Of a DNA stretch of 64,000 bases, positions 1 to 13,483 are shown one piece after another. The notes beneath the pieces are model-generated. The model was not told where the DNA came from. It was given only the letters and a program-made list of their open reading frames with translations, and made no database searches. Origin of the DNA: Eledone cirrhosa (Eukaryota). Where the stretch lies: contig OZ024749.1 in assembly GCA_964016885.1 (NCBI GenBank), forward strand, positions 9,362,001 through 9,426,000, written 5' to 3'. The position numbers were made by a program, and so were the translations under genes. The first letter of the stretch is position 1, and each line of letters opens with the position of its first letter.

Positions 1-199
1 ATATGAAAATTCACATAGCTCTTTGATATTCTAAAAGTCTAATTCAGTTTGTTGAAATTCCAACATCAGTTAACTGATGGTAGTGTAGAAATGGTAAAAC
101 AACCTTATATTTGCAACTGAAATATTTCATAAACTACTTTTCTTTTTTTTTTTTTTGGAAAATATATTGTTTCCATTGTCTTGATGACAAGAAAACAAC

Positions 200-420
200 C
201 TAAAAACTACAGCAACAACATCAATAATAATAACAATGATGATAGTGATGAAGATGATTTTGTTAGTAGCAGTGGTGTTGGTGGTAGTAGTGATGGTGGT
301 GGTAGTTGTGGTGATGGTGGTAGTTGTAGTGGTAGTTGTGATGGTGGTAGTGGTGATGGTTGGTGGTAATGTTGGTAGTGATGTTGTTGTTGCTAGTGGT
401 GACAGTGGTGGTAACACTGA
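200..420. repeat. Low-complexity (GGT/GAT/AGT)n trinucleotide tract
   Basis: Direct inspection; source of the poly-V/T/G ORFs. Confidence 0.9.
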
Positions 421-602
421 GGAGAGGTCTTCAGAAAACTTTCAAATTGCTGGCCTTGTGCCTAAAGTAAAAACAATAATAATTATTATGATAATGATGG
501 TAGTGGTGATATCAACATAATAATAATAATTATCATTATATCAAGTGCTTTTATCATAGAAATGCCATTCATTTTCTGTCTTTTTTTTTTTTTCTGTTAA
601 AG

Positions 603-679
603 ATACCTGAACATGACTTTCTCCTGTGGGGATTTCAGACTAGAAGCTCTTGATAATGCTTTAAATGAACTTCAGAATG
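603..679 (+). CDS. Putative internal coding exon of host gene (YLNMTFSCGDFRLEALDNALNELQN, ends in phase 1)
   Basis: Poly-T tract then AG at 601-602; donor G|GTAAGA at 680; only one of three frames is open; non-repetitive sequence. Confidence 0.7.
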
Positions 680-1428
680 GTAAGATAATTCAAAGTTCTA
701 AAGAAAATAATTTCTCTTGCTGTTTTCTTTCCTCTTTTTCTTTTGATTTCTTCTCAGTTGAAATATTATTTTGGTTTATTTCTGTATATTATTTCTAATT
801 AACAAGTCATGTTATTTATTTACATTTTATTTCTAATTAACAAGGAAAGTTAATTGTTTATATATCATTTCAATTAAATCATTTTTAAGAAGATCAAATA
901 AGAAACTTAACGATGTAGGATCTCAATGTCTGATGATGACTGATGACTCATTATACGAGAAAAGGCCCACCCACAACTACAAATGGCACTAAATATTTTA
1001 ATGTAGTGAAAGATCAGAAACTGCATGGGCAGAAGGGGTTCCTTTTAGCCTGCAGTTGACATGATAACCTCACTAGTGTAGGTGCCATGATGAACTTCAC
1101 CTGGTTCATCAGTGACTTAAGTACAGTGCCAGGAGCAGCCCTTGACTTTGAGCCCTTCTTTTCCCAATTTATACAAGCTTTTACAACAGAAGCAAAAGCG
1201 CCGCCCCCGTAAAAGTATCATTTGGACGGGGGGGGGGCACCACCAACCCTATCAGCCCCTCTCCTAGCTATGCTACTGTGGTACACCTGTAACCAAGACG
1301 CAAAACACAAAGAGCACTCATTGGTTTTGTCAAGTCCTGTGTCTATATATATAGTCCTGTGTTTATATATGGAGAGAGTACTGCATCTATATATATGGTC
1401 CCATGGCTAAAAATATACAGTACTGTTT

Positions 1429-1430
<2 letters not shown>

Positions 1431-1494
<64 letters not shown>

Positions 1495-1543
1495 GGTTTA
1501 TGTGATATATATATATACATATATATATATACATATGGTTTAT

Positions 1544-1589
<46 letters not shown>

Positions 1590-1607
1590 TATATACATAT
1601 GGTTTAT

Positions 1608-1655
<48 letters not shown>

Positions 1656-1673
1656 TATATACATATGGTTTAT

Positions 1674-1712
<39 letters not shown>
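1431..1712. repeat. Compound (TA)n microsatellite with 4 recurrences of CATATGGTTTATGTGA
   Basis: Motif seen near 1490, 1532, 1596 and 1662, separated by TA runs. Confidence 0.9.
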
Positions 1713-1713
<1 letters not shown>

Positions 1714-3007
1714 TAATTTAATATATCTACTAACATAAGCGCACAGATGTACGCTAATGCCAGAAAATACACAGGTTATGTCATAGTACCTAGGTGGTTC
1801 AATGCAGGAGGATGCAGAATAATAATATAAAAGACGTAAAATAAGAAAATGTTTTTAAAAAAATTTTTAAAAAATTAACTTACTTACTTAAATTTTCACT
1901 CCAACTAATTAATTTCTGCAATGGGATAAAGACAGTTACGTAATGAACTGTTGAGAATTTCATTGCGTCATCAGGGAGGTATATTCTCAGCCAAGTCTCC
2001 AGGCAATGCACGGACACTGGGGACTCATATAAAAATAATAATAATTTGGTAAATGGAACAGCTATCGAGGACTGGATTCCAGGCACTGAAAATTCTCACT
2101 GCCACTGGTCAAATGGCCGATTCTAAAGAATCAATCACGTGACACAGAGGCTAGTCAGTAGGAATGGGATGGTAAGATGACAGACGCCTACTAACACCCC
2201 CAAAAATATATATATATATATATATATGATAATAATGGAGCTGCGGCGTTGCAAATGGGTTACATATGAAAAAGTTTGTCCTCATCAGAGGCCTTCCAAC
2301 CGTCGTAGGCATTTCGTCGCATTAAAGGCCATATACCTCAGGTTGGTGCAAGCAGCGGCTAAAAAAAAGTCGTTGGGACACGTAAATAAAGGGGACGCTA
2401 GGATAAACAAACAAAATGGTTTAAGCAGCAGAAAGAGAGGAAGAAGGAAACAAATCCCAGATTTCTATGAATATAAATTCGGTGGAATCGTGAACGAGAG
2501 AATAAAGACCATCAAACCTGGTTGAAATGTGAGCAAGAAAGGAATTTCGCACAGGTCTAACGGGAGGAAGAAGGGGTCTGGTCTGCGAATTCAGTAAACA
2601 TAAGTTCTGTGAAGTCACAGACGAGAGAGAGAGAGAAAAAAAATTCATACCGGCTTGGCCAAGTGCCCGCGAGAAAAGGATTGTGGACAGGTCAAACAGG
2701 AAGAAAGGGGAGGAGGAGAGGTAGTGACAGAGAGTGAGAGTGAGTGAGTGAAAGGTGAGGAAGAGGCTAACAGAGAGAGACTGCTGGAAAGGGTAAAGAC
2801 ACAAAGAACGAAACAGACTGGTGGCAGCGGAGGAAAAAATATATGTGTAAATATGAAAATAATGGAGCTGCGGCGCTGCAAATGGGTTACATATATATAT
2901 ACATATATATATATACATATATATATACATATATATATATACATATATACTCTGCAATGTATTGAGTACCTTACTTACTGTAGTTACCTCCGATTCAACC
3001 CGGAATA

Positions 3008-3038
<31 letters not shown>

Positions 3039-3134
3039 AAGAAAAAGAGATGAAATCGAAAATGCAACTGGAGTCTTATTTTTTTTAAAATATATATATT
3101 TATTTGGTTCCTTTACTGGTTTCGCAGTTCTTGC

Positions 3135-3515
3135 ATGCTCTGCTGGATGTGTAATAGTAATATACGCGAACGGCAAAGCATAAATGAACTAAGGAAAAAA
3201 TTAGAAATAAGAGGGATCAGATGTTGTTTACTCGAGAGAAGGCTACGTTGGTATGGTCACGTGATGCGCATGAAAGACGACCGCTGTATAACAAAGTGCA
3301 GAGCAATAAAGATAGATGGTAGCCACGGAGTAGGCAGACCCAGAAAAACCTGGGACGAGCTGATAAATTCCGACCTCACACACTTACACCTCTCCAAGAC
3401 AATGTCACTGGACCGAGACCTTTGGCGGTACTCAGTAACAGAGAAGACCCGCGTTACCTAAATACAAAGTAAAACCTACTACAGTCAGTAGGCATCTCTA
3501 ACAAAATACACCCCC
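3135..3515 (+). mobile_element. RTE-clade LINE, 5'-truncated 3' fragment
   Basis: ORF 3135-3461 contains RRLRWYGHVMRM...GRPRKTW, the conserved C-terminal motif of RTE RT proteins. Confidence 0.85.
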
Positions 3516-3517
3516 AT

Positions 3518-4393
<876 letters not shown>

Positions 4394-4425
4394 AGAACAA
4401 AAGATGGTTAAAGGAGTTCCATGTA

Positions 4426-4492
4426 TTTTATTATGCCCATTTCAAAAACAAATATCATCATGCAATAATATTTGTGTTTTCATCAGATAAAA
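4426..4492 (-). ncRNA. Type I hammerhead ribozyme of PLE A
   Basis: Minus strand: ttttat-CTGATGA-aaacacaaatattat tgcatg atgatatttgttttt-GAAA-tgggca-TA-ataaaa. Stem I 6 bp; stem II 15 bp with 1 mismatch; minimal stem III; AUA site. Confidence 0.75.
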
Positions 4493-4789
4493 CAGGAGGA
4501 CATGATATGAAGGTTACAAAACACTTGTGGATAGTTCAGTTTTAAATCAACATATGAGAAGTAGTTTTAGATTGATGTGTGATATTGGGAGAAATATTTT
4601 ATTTAGAGGGGGGGGGTGGAAAGGATGAAAAAAAGGAGATGAGAGTGAAGGTGGAGAGGGAGGAGTAAAATGAGGAAGGATGAGATAGGAGGAGAGATGG
4701 GTGATAGAGAGAGAGAGATAGTTTTTATAAAGATATATTGTTTTACATAGAGAGGTTGAAAACCGTTGGAAGATAATGTATAAAGTAAA

Positions 4790-5356
4790 AGAATTTGAAA
4801 ATTAACGAAGAGAAAAATATGTGCGAAGAAAAAGGAGTTAATATGTATTGAGAATAATGAGTTAGATGATAGGGAGAAAAGAATAATGAATTGAGGATGA
4901 ATATTCTAACGTCAAAAAAAATGTATATGTTTACGAAGGATTTTTACAAGGTGATATAGAGTAAGAATGTGTTGTATTATGTAATAATTGATTCTATGTT
5001 AGGCAAGAGTGAGAAAAGGTACAGTTTAGGGATTAGATATTAGAAGAAAAGGAAGTGATAAATATGGATGATGTAGAAAGAGTAAACAAGTATTATAGAA
5101 TTTGAAAATTAACGAAGAGAAAAATAATGTAAAGTTAAGGTTTGTATATTGAAGGATTTGAGAAAAATAATGTAAAGTTAAGGTTTGTATATTGAAGGAT
5201 TTGATATGTGCGAAGAAAAAGAAAATGTTAATATGTATTGAGAATAATGAGTTAGATGATAGGAAGAAAAGAATAATGAATTGAGGATGAATAATCTAGC
5301 GTCAAAAAAAATGTATATGTTTACGAAGGATTTTTACAAGGTGATATAGAGTAAGA
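4790..5356. repeat. Diverged direct duplication (~180 bp; 4790-4967 vs ~5097-5356) in 3' UTR of PLE A
   Basis: Shared gaatttgaaaattaacgaagag...gtttacgaaggatttttacaaggtgatatagagtaaga; second copy has a small internal tandem. Confidence 0.8.
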
Positions 5357-6155
5357 GTAATGAGTAAACAAGTATTATAGAATGTATAATAACCTTTGAA
5401 ATAAGGTAGAAAGATGGATATATTTTTAAAAGAAGTGTATATATATGTGCCTTTGAGAAAAAGATTCTAAATTGATAAAGAATTGAATATTAGCTGTATA
5501 CTTTGTGAAATGTTTTATGGAATTTATGCAAGCAGATAGAAAACAAGTCAGTGCGTCTATTTATTATAGAATCTAGATCAGAGATAATGGTAAATTTTTC
5601 ATTTAGACAGAGATTGCAGATTTTAGATAGAGAACTGTTCAAGTATGGGGACGCAGAAGAAACCTTCTTAATAAAAGATGCTATATTTAATGTTTTTGTC
5701 TTTCAAGGACCATATGAGTTCTGAGAGAGCCGTGTTGGTTCTTTTAAGTTTGTATTTAAAAGACGAATGATGGTTATAAAGACGAGCTTTAAAAGAGGTG
5801 GAAGTGGAGCCAAAATAGGTGAAGGAATTGGTGTCAGTTATAACTTTACATTCGTAAATTAAGTTTTTATCAAGACAATGGTTGTTGAGAGGACATTTAT
5901 TTTTAATAGGGCAATTGCAATTGCAATTAGAGAGATTATTAATGAGTGACCTAGTGTTATCTATAGAAGGAATTGGATTGGAGAAGTTGTTTACGATAGG
6001 AATAATAGTTTCTTGATTTAGAATGGGATTATGAACATTTAGCGAAGTTGTGTTTGACGTTGTATTTGGGTTTGTAGAAATTAGCCTAGGGTTTACAATG
6101 ACGTCGGGAGTACTATTATTATGAAATTCAGTGTTGGAAGGAAGAGATTTAGTAT

Positions 6156-7074
6156 TTAGTATTTTATTGTTGTGTTTAGAGATAATGTTGGAAATGTTGA
6201 ATAAGAAAATTTTATGGTGTGTTTGTTAAATATTTTACTATAGATATGTGAGGGAGGGAAGCATTTATTTAAGGCACTAAAGAATAATTTAGGAATATTG
6301 TTATTAATAGAGATGGAGAAAGGAGCATTATACCAGATTATGTTTTTGTATCTAGGTCTTTTATTAAAGTTATTGGAATGATCATGATTAATTATTCTAC
6401 TGTAATTTCTTCTAGAATTTGTTTCTTTACTATATTTGATTTTATCAGGATAGCCGGCTTTAGAAAGCGCGTTATTATAGTAATTGGCGTTAGCATCAAA
6501 GATGTTTTTATTAGAAGATAGGTTAGATATTCTTTTTCCAATATTACTAACTATAGCATTCTTGATATTAGTAGGATGGTTAGATTTAAAGTTAACATAA
6601 TTTAGGTTCTCATTGTTTTTATGGTAAGGGTAATATAGGCCAGTGTCAAGATTAAGAGATACATCCAAGAAATTAGCTAGTTTGATACTGTTATCAAATT
6701 CAATTTTTAGGTTATGTTGGTTAAAGAGATTACGTATATTGTTCTTAATAATATTAAGGTTAACTATATTGCAATTTAAGATAGTAAAGAGTCCATCGTC
6801 ACGATAAATTCCACCGCAAAGTTGAGGAATTTTCAGACTCAAAGAGTTCAAAATAAAGATACCAATTAAATCAGTCAATTGGGATGAATCGGATGCTCCC
6901 ATTGTGATGTCGAAGTTGTTAGAGGTATCGGTTCTGGTCCGATATTCGTTGTTCAACTCTAGGATGGTTTTACATGCGGTGAGAATGATGTGAAGTTCAT
7001 CTGTGGTGATGTCAGAATATTTAAGTGCGAAAGATAGAGCATTATTGAGAAGTGAAGGCGAAATGGAGGAATAT
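6156..7074 (-). pseudogene. PLE reverse transcriptase fragment (YRDD catalytic motif)
   Basis: See element A; the N-terminal part of the tracked ORF is only TA microsatellite. Confidence 0.85.
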
Positions 7075-7086
7075 ACATATAATATA

Positions 7087-7127
<41 letters not shown>

Positions 7128-7160
7128 TATATACATATATATATACATATATATATATAC

Positions 7161-7193
<33 letters not shown>

Positions 7194-7230
7194 CATATAT
7201 ATATACATATATATATATACATATATAAAT

Positions 7231-7290
<60 letters not shown>

Positions 7291-7292
<2 letters not shown>

Positions 7293-7536
7293 CGGCAATG
7301 AATTAGTTTTGCGAGGTTTTTTATATGAAATCGTGTGTCGAAACAAATATTGTTATACTTGGGGAGGGTCATAATCTAATTTATTCGGTCCTCAATGTTG
7401 CCATTGAGGACCGAATAAATTAGATTACCGATATAAAAGACACAGAAGCGAAAAGCGAAAACCAACCAAACAGTGAGTGTGTTCTGTTATTAATTCTGGC
7501 AATATTACACAAATATGACCCTCCCCAAGTATAACA

Positions 7537-7540
<4 letters not shown>
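7291..7540. mobile_element. Internally deleted copy of non-coding PLE family C
   Basis: Matches the tail and both arms of 30215-31018; 26-bp perfect hairpin at 7372-7427; sits in (TA)n. Confidence 0.8.
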
Positions 7541-7567
<27 letters not shown>

Positions 7568-7904
7568 TAGATATATATAGATATATATAGATATATATAT
7601 ATAGATATATATAGATAGATATATATAGATATAGATATATATAGATATATAGATATAGATATATAGATATAGATATATATATATAGATATATATAGATAT
7701 TTCGTTTCTGAATTTGTTTAGCAAAATTCTTTATCTGAAATCGTGTGTTGAAACCGATATTGTTATACTTTGGGAGGGTCATGTTGCCAATAAGAAACAC
7801 ACGCACCAGTTGCTTTCACTTCAATTTATTATAATAAATTTATAATAAATTTATAAATTTCTGGTTGGTTGGTTGGTTCCACAACCAGATAGTTGTTTAT
7901 ACAT

Positions 7905-7949
7905 AGTCATAGTTCTTTCGTCACACACTATGTGACCTCTTCAGTGACT
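7905..7949 (-). ncRNA. Minimal type I hammerhead ribozyme of PLE B
   Basis: Minus strand: agtca-CTGAAGA-g-gtcaca tagtg tgtgac-GAAA-gaac-TA-tgact; one extra base after A9. Confidence 0.75.
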
Positions 7950-8149
7950 GGGGATTCCTTTCTTTGTTTCTGTGCCTCTCCTTTGTTCTGTCCTACGCCA
8001 TTTTGTTTCTGTGTGTGTGTTGTGTGCTCAGTCTGCGCATGCGCCACATCCGGGTGTCTGTGTGTGTTTATGTTCATTTATTTATTTGTTTATTTACATG
8101 TTACTGGTTGGTTGTTTGTTCTATGTGTGTGTGTGTTTTCATTTTGTCC

Positions 8150-8467
8150 TTAATTGTAAGTTGTGATGTTGCTGTTCCACTCATATTTTCTATTTAATTT
8201 TGGTTGTAATTCTTTTATGTTTATTGCCTCTGTAATTTGTCTAAACATTGCGTCTTTTCTGTGTGTAGATTCTATTTTTATTTCTATGTTCTCTAATTTA
8301 CCCTTGTGTTCTATTTTAGCATGTTGGTAGAGTACAGATGATTCTTTATTATCTTGAAGGTCTCGCCAGTGTTCATTTATCCGTTCCCCTACACTACGAG
8401 CTGTCTCACCTATGTACACTATATTTTTGTCTCTACATTGTCCTTCAGTACATCTTATGCTATACAT
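8150..8467 (-). pseudogene. GIY-YIG endonuclease domain of PLE B
   Basis: YIGET, R..EH, E and LN motifs; separated from the RT by a stop or frameshift. Confidence 0.85.
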
Positions 8468-9445
8468 TACATTTCTAGTTTTACAGTTAATATGGGGGCT
8501 TATTTTACAGGTTATACATTTCTTATCTATACATGAGGGTCTTTGAAAAGGGTATGTCTTGCTAATAAGTGTTTTTACGGAGGTACCTGGTCTTTCTACT
8601 ATCTTAATATTGAGTTTATGTTTATTTAGGGCCCTTCTAAATTTGTAAGCTCATTCACCTCTAGGGGTTGTATCGATGAACATTACACTCTGGTATTTAT
8701 TGCTATCATACCATGAGTTTATTCTATTATCCTTGTTCCTAGTTCTTTCTATTTTATTCCAAAATTTGCTCCTATACAAGGGGCAGGTCCCATTTATGTC
8801 ATTATTTACCATTTTTTCCCATTTGGTTCTTGCTCCTCTATACACTCTGATTGTATCTCTCTGATTGTAGCCAGAGAACTGCATACGGTGGATGAAGTGT
8901 TGTATGTGTCTCTCTAGTTCTTCGGGGTTGCACATGCGGGACACATTTCTCATCACTCGTACCAAATCTGCAATCAGTATGTTGATTTTGGTATGGTTCG
9001 AAACGGCCGAGTTTCGGTGGATCAGATGTTTGGAAGTCATGGGTTTGGCATAATGGGAATGGAGGATTTGTTTTTTGTTGTTAATGGTATCTAACCAGAG
9101 CTCTGTGTCTAGTACAGGTAATCGATGGTTGGGGTGTTTACTTGGGTAGTCTATAGTAACTCTAATGCTCTGGTGGATGGAGTTTGCTATTTGCTGGATA
9201 CTTTCCATTGTGTTTTTCTCTAGTTCCTGACTGTTCTCTAGTGGGGGTGTCTTAACTACGATGTTTATATCATTAACGTAGCGGGAGTACATTATCAGGT
9301 TATGTATAAACAACTATCTGGTTGTGGAACCAACCAACCAGAAATTTATAAATTTATAAATTTATTATAAATTTATTATAATAAATTGAAGTGAAAGCAA
9401 CTGGTGCATGTGTTTCTTATTGGCAACATGACCCTCCCAAAGTAT

Positions 9446-9490
<45 letters not shown>

Positions 9491-9602
9491 CATTCATTAG
9501 TTAAGCAAAACAAGACCACAAACTTCACAAGGAAGACATTATTAAAAGATTGTCAACATATTTTAGTTTGATGTAAGGAATGTAGAGAATAATAATAATA
9601 AT

Positions 9603-9793
9603 AATAATTGTTTCTACTTTAGGCACAAGGCCAGCAATTACCCAGTACATTACTGGTACTTTATTTTATCGACCCCGTAAGGATGAAAGGCAAAGTTAAC
9701 TTCGGCGGGATTTGAACTCAGACTGTAAAGGGACGTAACTATGCTAGAAATCATGGCGTCCAACCCTCTACCGATACTGCCAAATCACCGCCC
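9603..9793 (-). mobile_element. tRNA-derived SINE with Nin/Deu-like core (SINE family 1)
   Basis: A box (tggcagtatcggtag), B box (gagttcaaatccc), core gttaactttgcctttcatccttacggggtcgataaaataaagtacc, (ATT)n tail; many copies in the window. Confidence 0.9.
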
Positions 9794-10126
9794 TTATAAT
9801 AATATTGATAATAATAATGTCCGTTTACAATTGTTTCGCTACTCCATATAATATTTCTGGATCAGATGACTATATATCATAATTGATCTGGTTCAGTTGA
9901 AAATAATTAACATAATTAAAGATAGAGCGGCTCATCAGAACTTCAAAGGAATATAAATTAAAATAATGGGATAATGTTACATAATATAATGTTCCATATA
10001 TTGGTTTTTACTATGGTGTCTTGGTTGCATCAGTTGTCAGCCATAATCAAGCAGTATTCATCTGTCGAGGCTGCATTGTGTGAGATCTGCCTATGGGTAA
10101 CAAGATGGCTGCCCATTATATTGGAC

Positions 10127-10265
10127 TAGTTCAGAATTAGCCGTCGAAACGGCTTGAGCTCAGCCGTCGGGGTCCTACTCATTCCTATTACCCACTCTAC
10201 TACCCTAAGTATTGAGTACTTTGGTGCGTTATGGTCCACCTGGTTCCTTACCACATTTCCTTTTT
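10127..10265 (+). mobile_element. PLE-like family E fragment (3' half of hammerhead plus tail)
   Basis: gtcGAAAcggc ttgagctca gccgTC ggggt then tail taagtattgagtac...; related copies at 18255-18440, 22403-22591 and 46372-46430. Confidence 0.6.
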
Positions 10266-10329
10266 TATATATATACATATATATATACATATATATATAA
10301 ATATACATATATATATACATATATATATA

Positions 10330-10402
<73 letters not shown>

Positions 10403-10599
10403 TTAGAACACTGGTTTAACCGCTTTACTTCCCCCCGCAGAAGAGATATTATCTCGAAAATTAAGGACATTTAAATAAATCTAAGGTAAAAGACTAATTG
10501 TCAACAATATCTTTTGCATTTGCATTCTTTATTCTATGTCCATACCTGCATTGTTTTGGCTTTATTATACATATACAAACGTATATATATATATATTTA

Positions 10600-10750
10600 G
10601 GGCATCAGCCGTAGAAAACCTGCCAGATAGTCCTATATGAGCGCGACACGGTCACCCGACCATCCTTGCCTCAAGTGGGACAACACTCGTCTAACCCATG
10701 CGAGCGTGGAAAATGGACGTTAAACGAAGATGATGATGATGATGATGATA
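10600..10750 (+). mobile_element. 3' end of RTE-tailed SINE or LINE ending in (GAT)n
   Basis: ctaacccatgcgagcgtggaaaatggacgttaaacgaagatgatgatg. Confidence 0.75.
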
Positions 10751-10769
10751 TATATATATAGTTCCACAA

Positions 10770-10965
10770 CAGCTAGTTCAGCATTACTGAGAATATTTGT
10801 TTCACCTTCTTCGGATCCTCAGCACGGTCTGAGTTCAAATCCCACTGCAGTTAGCTTTACCTGTCATCCTTATGGGGTCAAAAAATAATAAAGCACCAGT
10901 AATGTACTGGAGACGATTTAATCAACCCTCCCCTCTCCTAAAATTATTGGCCTTGTGCTTAAATC
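10770..10965 (+). mobile_element. Old SINE family 1 copy
   Basis: ctgagttcaaatccc B box and diverged core. Confidence 0.7.
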
Positions 10966-11335
10966 AGATACCATATGTCCGTATGCCTATCAATTTATTC
11001 GTGTCTCCCACAAACATTATACCAACAGAAATATTTATTTGTCCATTGTTAGGAGCCATCTATCTTACGTGTCCTTTTAGTTAAATCGTCAAAACCACAG
11101 GTGGTCTAAAAGCCTTTGAGAAAATTTTATATTTGTAAGCTCCCTCTCGTCTATTTTATCCCTTTCTCATTTCTTCCTATCGCTTCTTCAAGCCAGCACA
11201 CTTCTAGCCACTGATTTCTATCCTTTGAAGTAAATTTTACCTGCCACCGCCATTGACAGCATTTTGCTGTTTTAACAGCTTCCTTGCGCTGAGTTCTCTT
11301 GCATTTCAAACTCAATATTTGAGATACATTTGTTT

Positions 11336-11390
<55 letters not shown>

Positions 11391-11391
<1 letters not shown>

Positions 11392-11857
11392 TGAGTAATA
11401 TATTGGTTGTTTACCGACACCTCAGTATGCAGATTGGAGCACTCGACGAAGTACGCACGTTGGTTTGTTTACTCCGGAGTAATGTAAAATAAGTAAGTCA
11501 AACATGTAAAATTTGGCTTCGTTTATTACAAATTCTCTGCTATATATATTTCGGTGACAGCTATTATAGGCTGTGGCCTCTTCAAGCAGTATGAATTAAT
11601 GTGGAAAAGACAGGTAAACATGTTGTTGAAATGTGTTCCACTCTGTCAATTCATCAATATCTCCAGCTCCTGGGTGTGTTGTTAGTCCTCTGAGGAACTA
11701 GAATCATATGTTTCAACAACACGTTTACCTGTCTTTTCCACATTAATTCGTACTGCCTGAAGAGGTCACAGCCAATAATAGCTGTCACCAAAATATATAT
11801 AGCCGAGAATTTATAATAGACGAAGCCAAATTTTACATGTTTGACTTACTTATTTTA
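11391..11857. mobile_element. Non-coding PLE derivative D: inverted arms 11485-11631 / 11711-11857 plus tail, in (TA)n
   Basis: ~147 bp inverted repeats, each with a hammerhead motif (11537-11589 on -, 11753-11805 on +). Confidence 0.8.
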
Positions 11858-11867
11858 TATATATATA

Positions 11868-12468
11868 TAATTGTTTCTACTTTAGGCACAAGGCCAGCAA
11901 TTATCCAGTGCATTACTGGTACTTTATTTTATCGACCCCGTAAGGATGAAAGGCAAAGTCAACCTCGGCGATAATACTGTCTATATATATATAGCAGTGT
12001 CTTTATAATCAGTACTCTGTCAGTGAAGGTGAATGTTCAGAAAGTAAAGTATCTATACTAAGAGCTGAATTAAAGGTGGTGGTGGTCATAGTGATGTATC
12101 ATCTGGCCTTATTTTATTCACTGCTACTGAACTAAAACACTATATATACATTCCTCTCTGTCTAGAACAATAAGCATATGGAATTGTATATAGAAATATA
12201 TAGAAATTACATTAGAGTAAGGCTAAATGTTTTTTTCAGAAATCACAATTTATCTGTTCTTTTGCTGCCTGATATTATTATGGATTGGCAGTATCGGTAG
12301 AGGGTCGGACGCCATGCTTTGACGCATAGAGTTATGGCCCTTGCCATTCTGAGTTCAAATCCCGCCGAGGTTAACTTTGCCTTTCATCCTTACGGGGTCG
12401 ATAAAATAAAGTACCAGTAATGAACTGGGTAATTGCTGGCCTTGTGCCAACAGTAGAAACAATTATTA
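11868..12468. mobile_element. Two SINE family 1 copies (11868-11970 on -, partial; 12282-12468 on +)
   Basis: Match to the SINE family 1 consensus seen across the window. Confidence 0.88.
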
Positions 12469-12828
12469 TTTTTCTCGGGTCATTATCCTTTCTTTACAAT
12501 CAAATCCATAACATTGTAAGGTTTCTATAAAAATCTCATTAGATGCCTTTAACTGGTTGATGCAAGGTGTGACAAGCAACAATAGTCTTTTCGACATTCC
12601 AGGAGGACTCAATTACAATTATATGATAACTGATTTAATTTTAGGAGCAGGGGTGGCTTTAACTGGAATTTCCATTATAACTCAATAAAATAGTTTTTTC
12701 TCCATATAGAATTTCAATAATCTCTCTAATTATATGACTGTGTATTTGCTAAACTTCTGGATTCACATTGAAGGAAATCTTTTAATTTGAATTTGAGTTT
12801 TTCCCAGTCTTCCATTGAAACTGTTTCA

Positions 12829-12975
12829 GTGTATGTATGTGTGCATATGTGTATGTATGCATGCATGCATGTATGCATGCATGCATATGCATTCATGTAT
12901 GTATGTATGCATGTATATGCATGCATATGTGTATGAATGTATGTATGTATGTGTGTGTACATGTGTGTGTAAGTA

Positions 12976-13040
<65 letters not shown>

Positions 13041-13190
13041 TTTGTATTTTTGGATTTTTACCAACATCTACAGCAACAGCAGCATCAAAACGATAAAAAG
13101 CCAAACAACAACATCAACTGCTGCCATCACCACCACCACCACCACCACCACCATCATCACACCCCCCCACCACCACCACCACCATTCAGT
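12829..13190. repeat. (TGTA/TGCA)n, (TG)n and (CAC)n microsatellites
   Basis: Direct inspection. Confidence 0.9.
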
Positions 13191-13292
13191 CAATGATCAA
13201 GCCTTATGGAAACAATAAATCTAGACAACACACTAACAGCTTCAATTGTACCAACTCTTTCAAAAGACAACAGTTGCCACATCTATAGTATT

Positions 13293-13483
13293 AATAATTG
13301 TTTCTACTATTGGCACAAGGCCAGCAATTACCCAGTGCATTACTGGTACTTTATTTTATCGACCCCGTAAGGATGAAAGGCAAAGTTAACTTCGGCGGGA
13401 TTTGAACTCAGACTGTAAAGGGACGTAACTATGCTAGAAAGCATGGCGTCCAACCCTCTACCGATACTGCCAATTCACCGCCC
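13293..13483 (-). mobile_element. SINE family 1 copy, part of a 286-bp duplication of 9603-9888
   Basis: Near-identical to 9603-9793 including the flanking sequence. Confidence 0.9.

Larger units (their letters stand above)
7699..9453 (-). mobile_element. Penelope-like element B, 5'-truncated, with inverted pseudo-LTR arms (7757-7905 / 9301-9453) and a 3' tail (7699-7756)
   Basis: ORF 8651-9313 has RYVNDI...LPVLD...MQFSGY (RT; YVDD degenerated). ORF 8150-8467 has IVYIGETARSVGERINEH...RQITEAINI...LNRKYEWN (GIY-YIG). ~150 bp inverted repeats; inserted in (TA)n. Confidence 0.9.

Noticed and set aside
930-970. CTGATGACTCATTATACGAGAAAA
   Set aside because: Stem II and GAAA cannot both be satisfied, and there are no stem I/III partners.
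1930-1990. Minus-strand CTGATGA...GAAA hammerhead-like motif
   Set aside because: No consistent stem I; neither the type I nor the type III fold is complete. Possibly a decayed PLE ribozyme.
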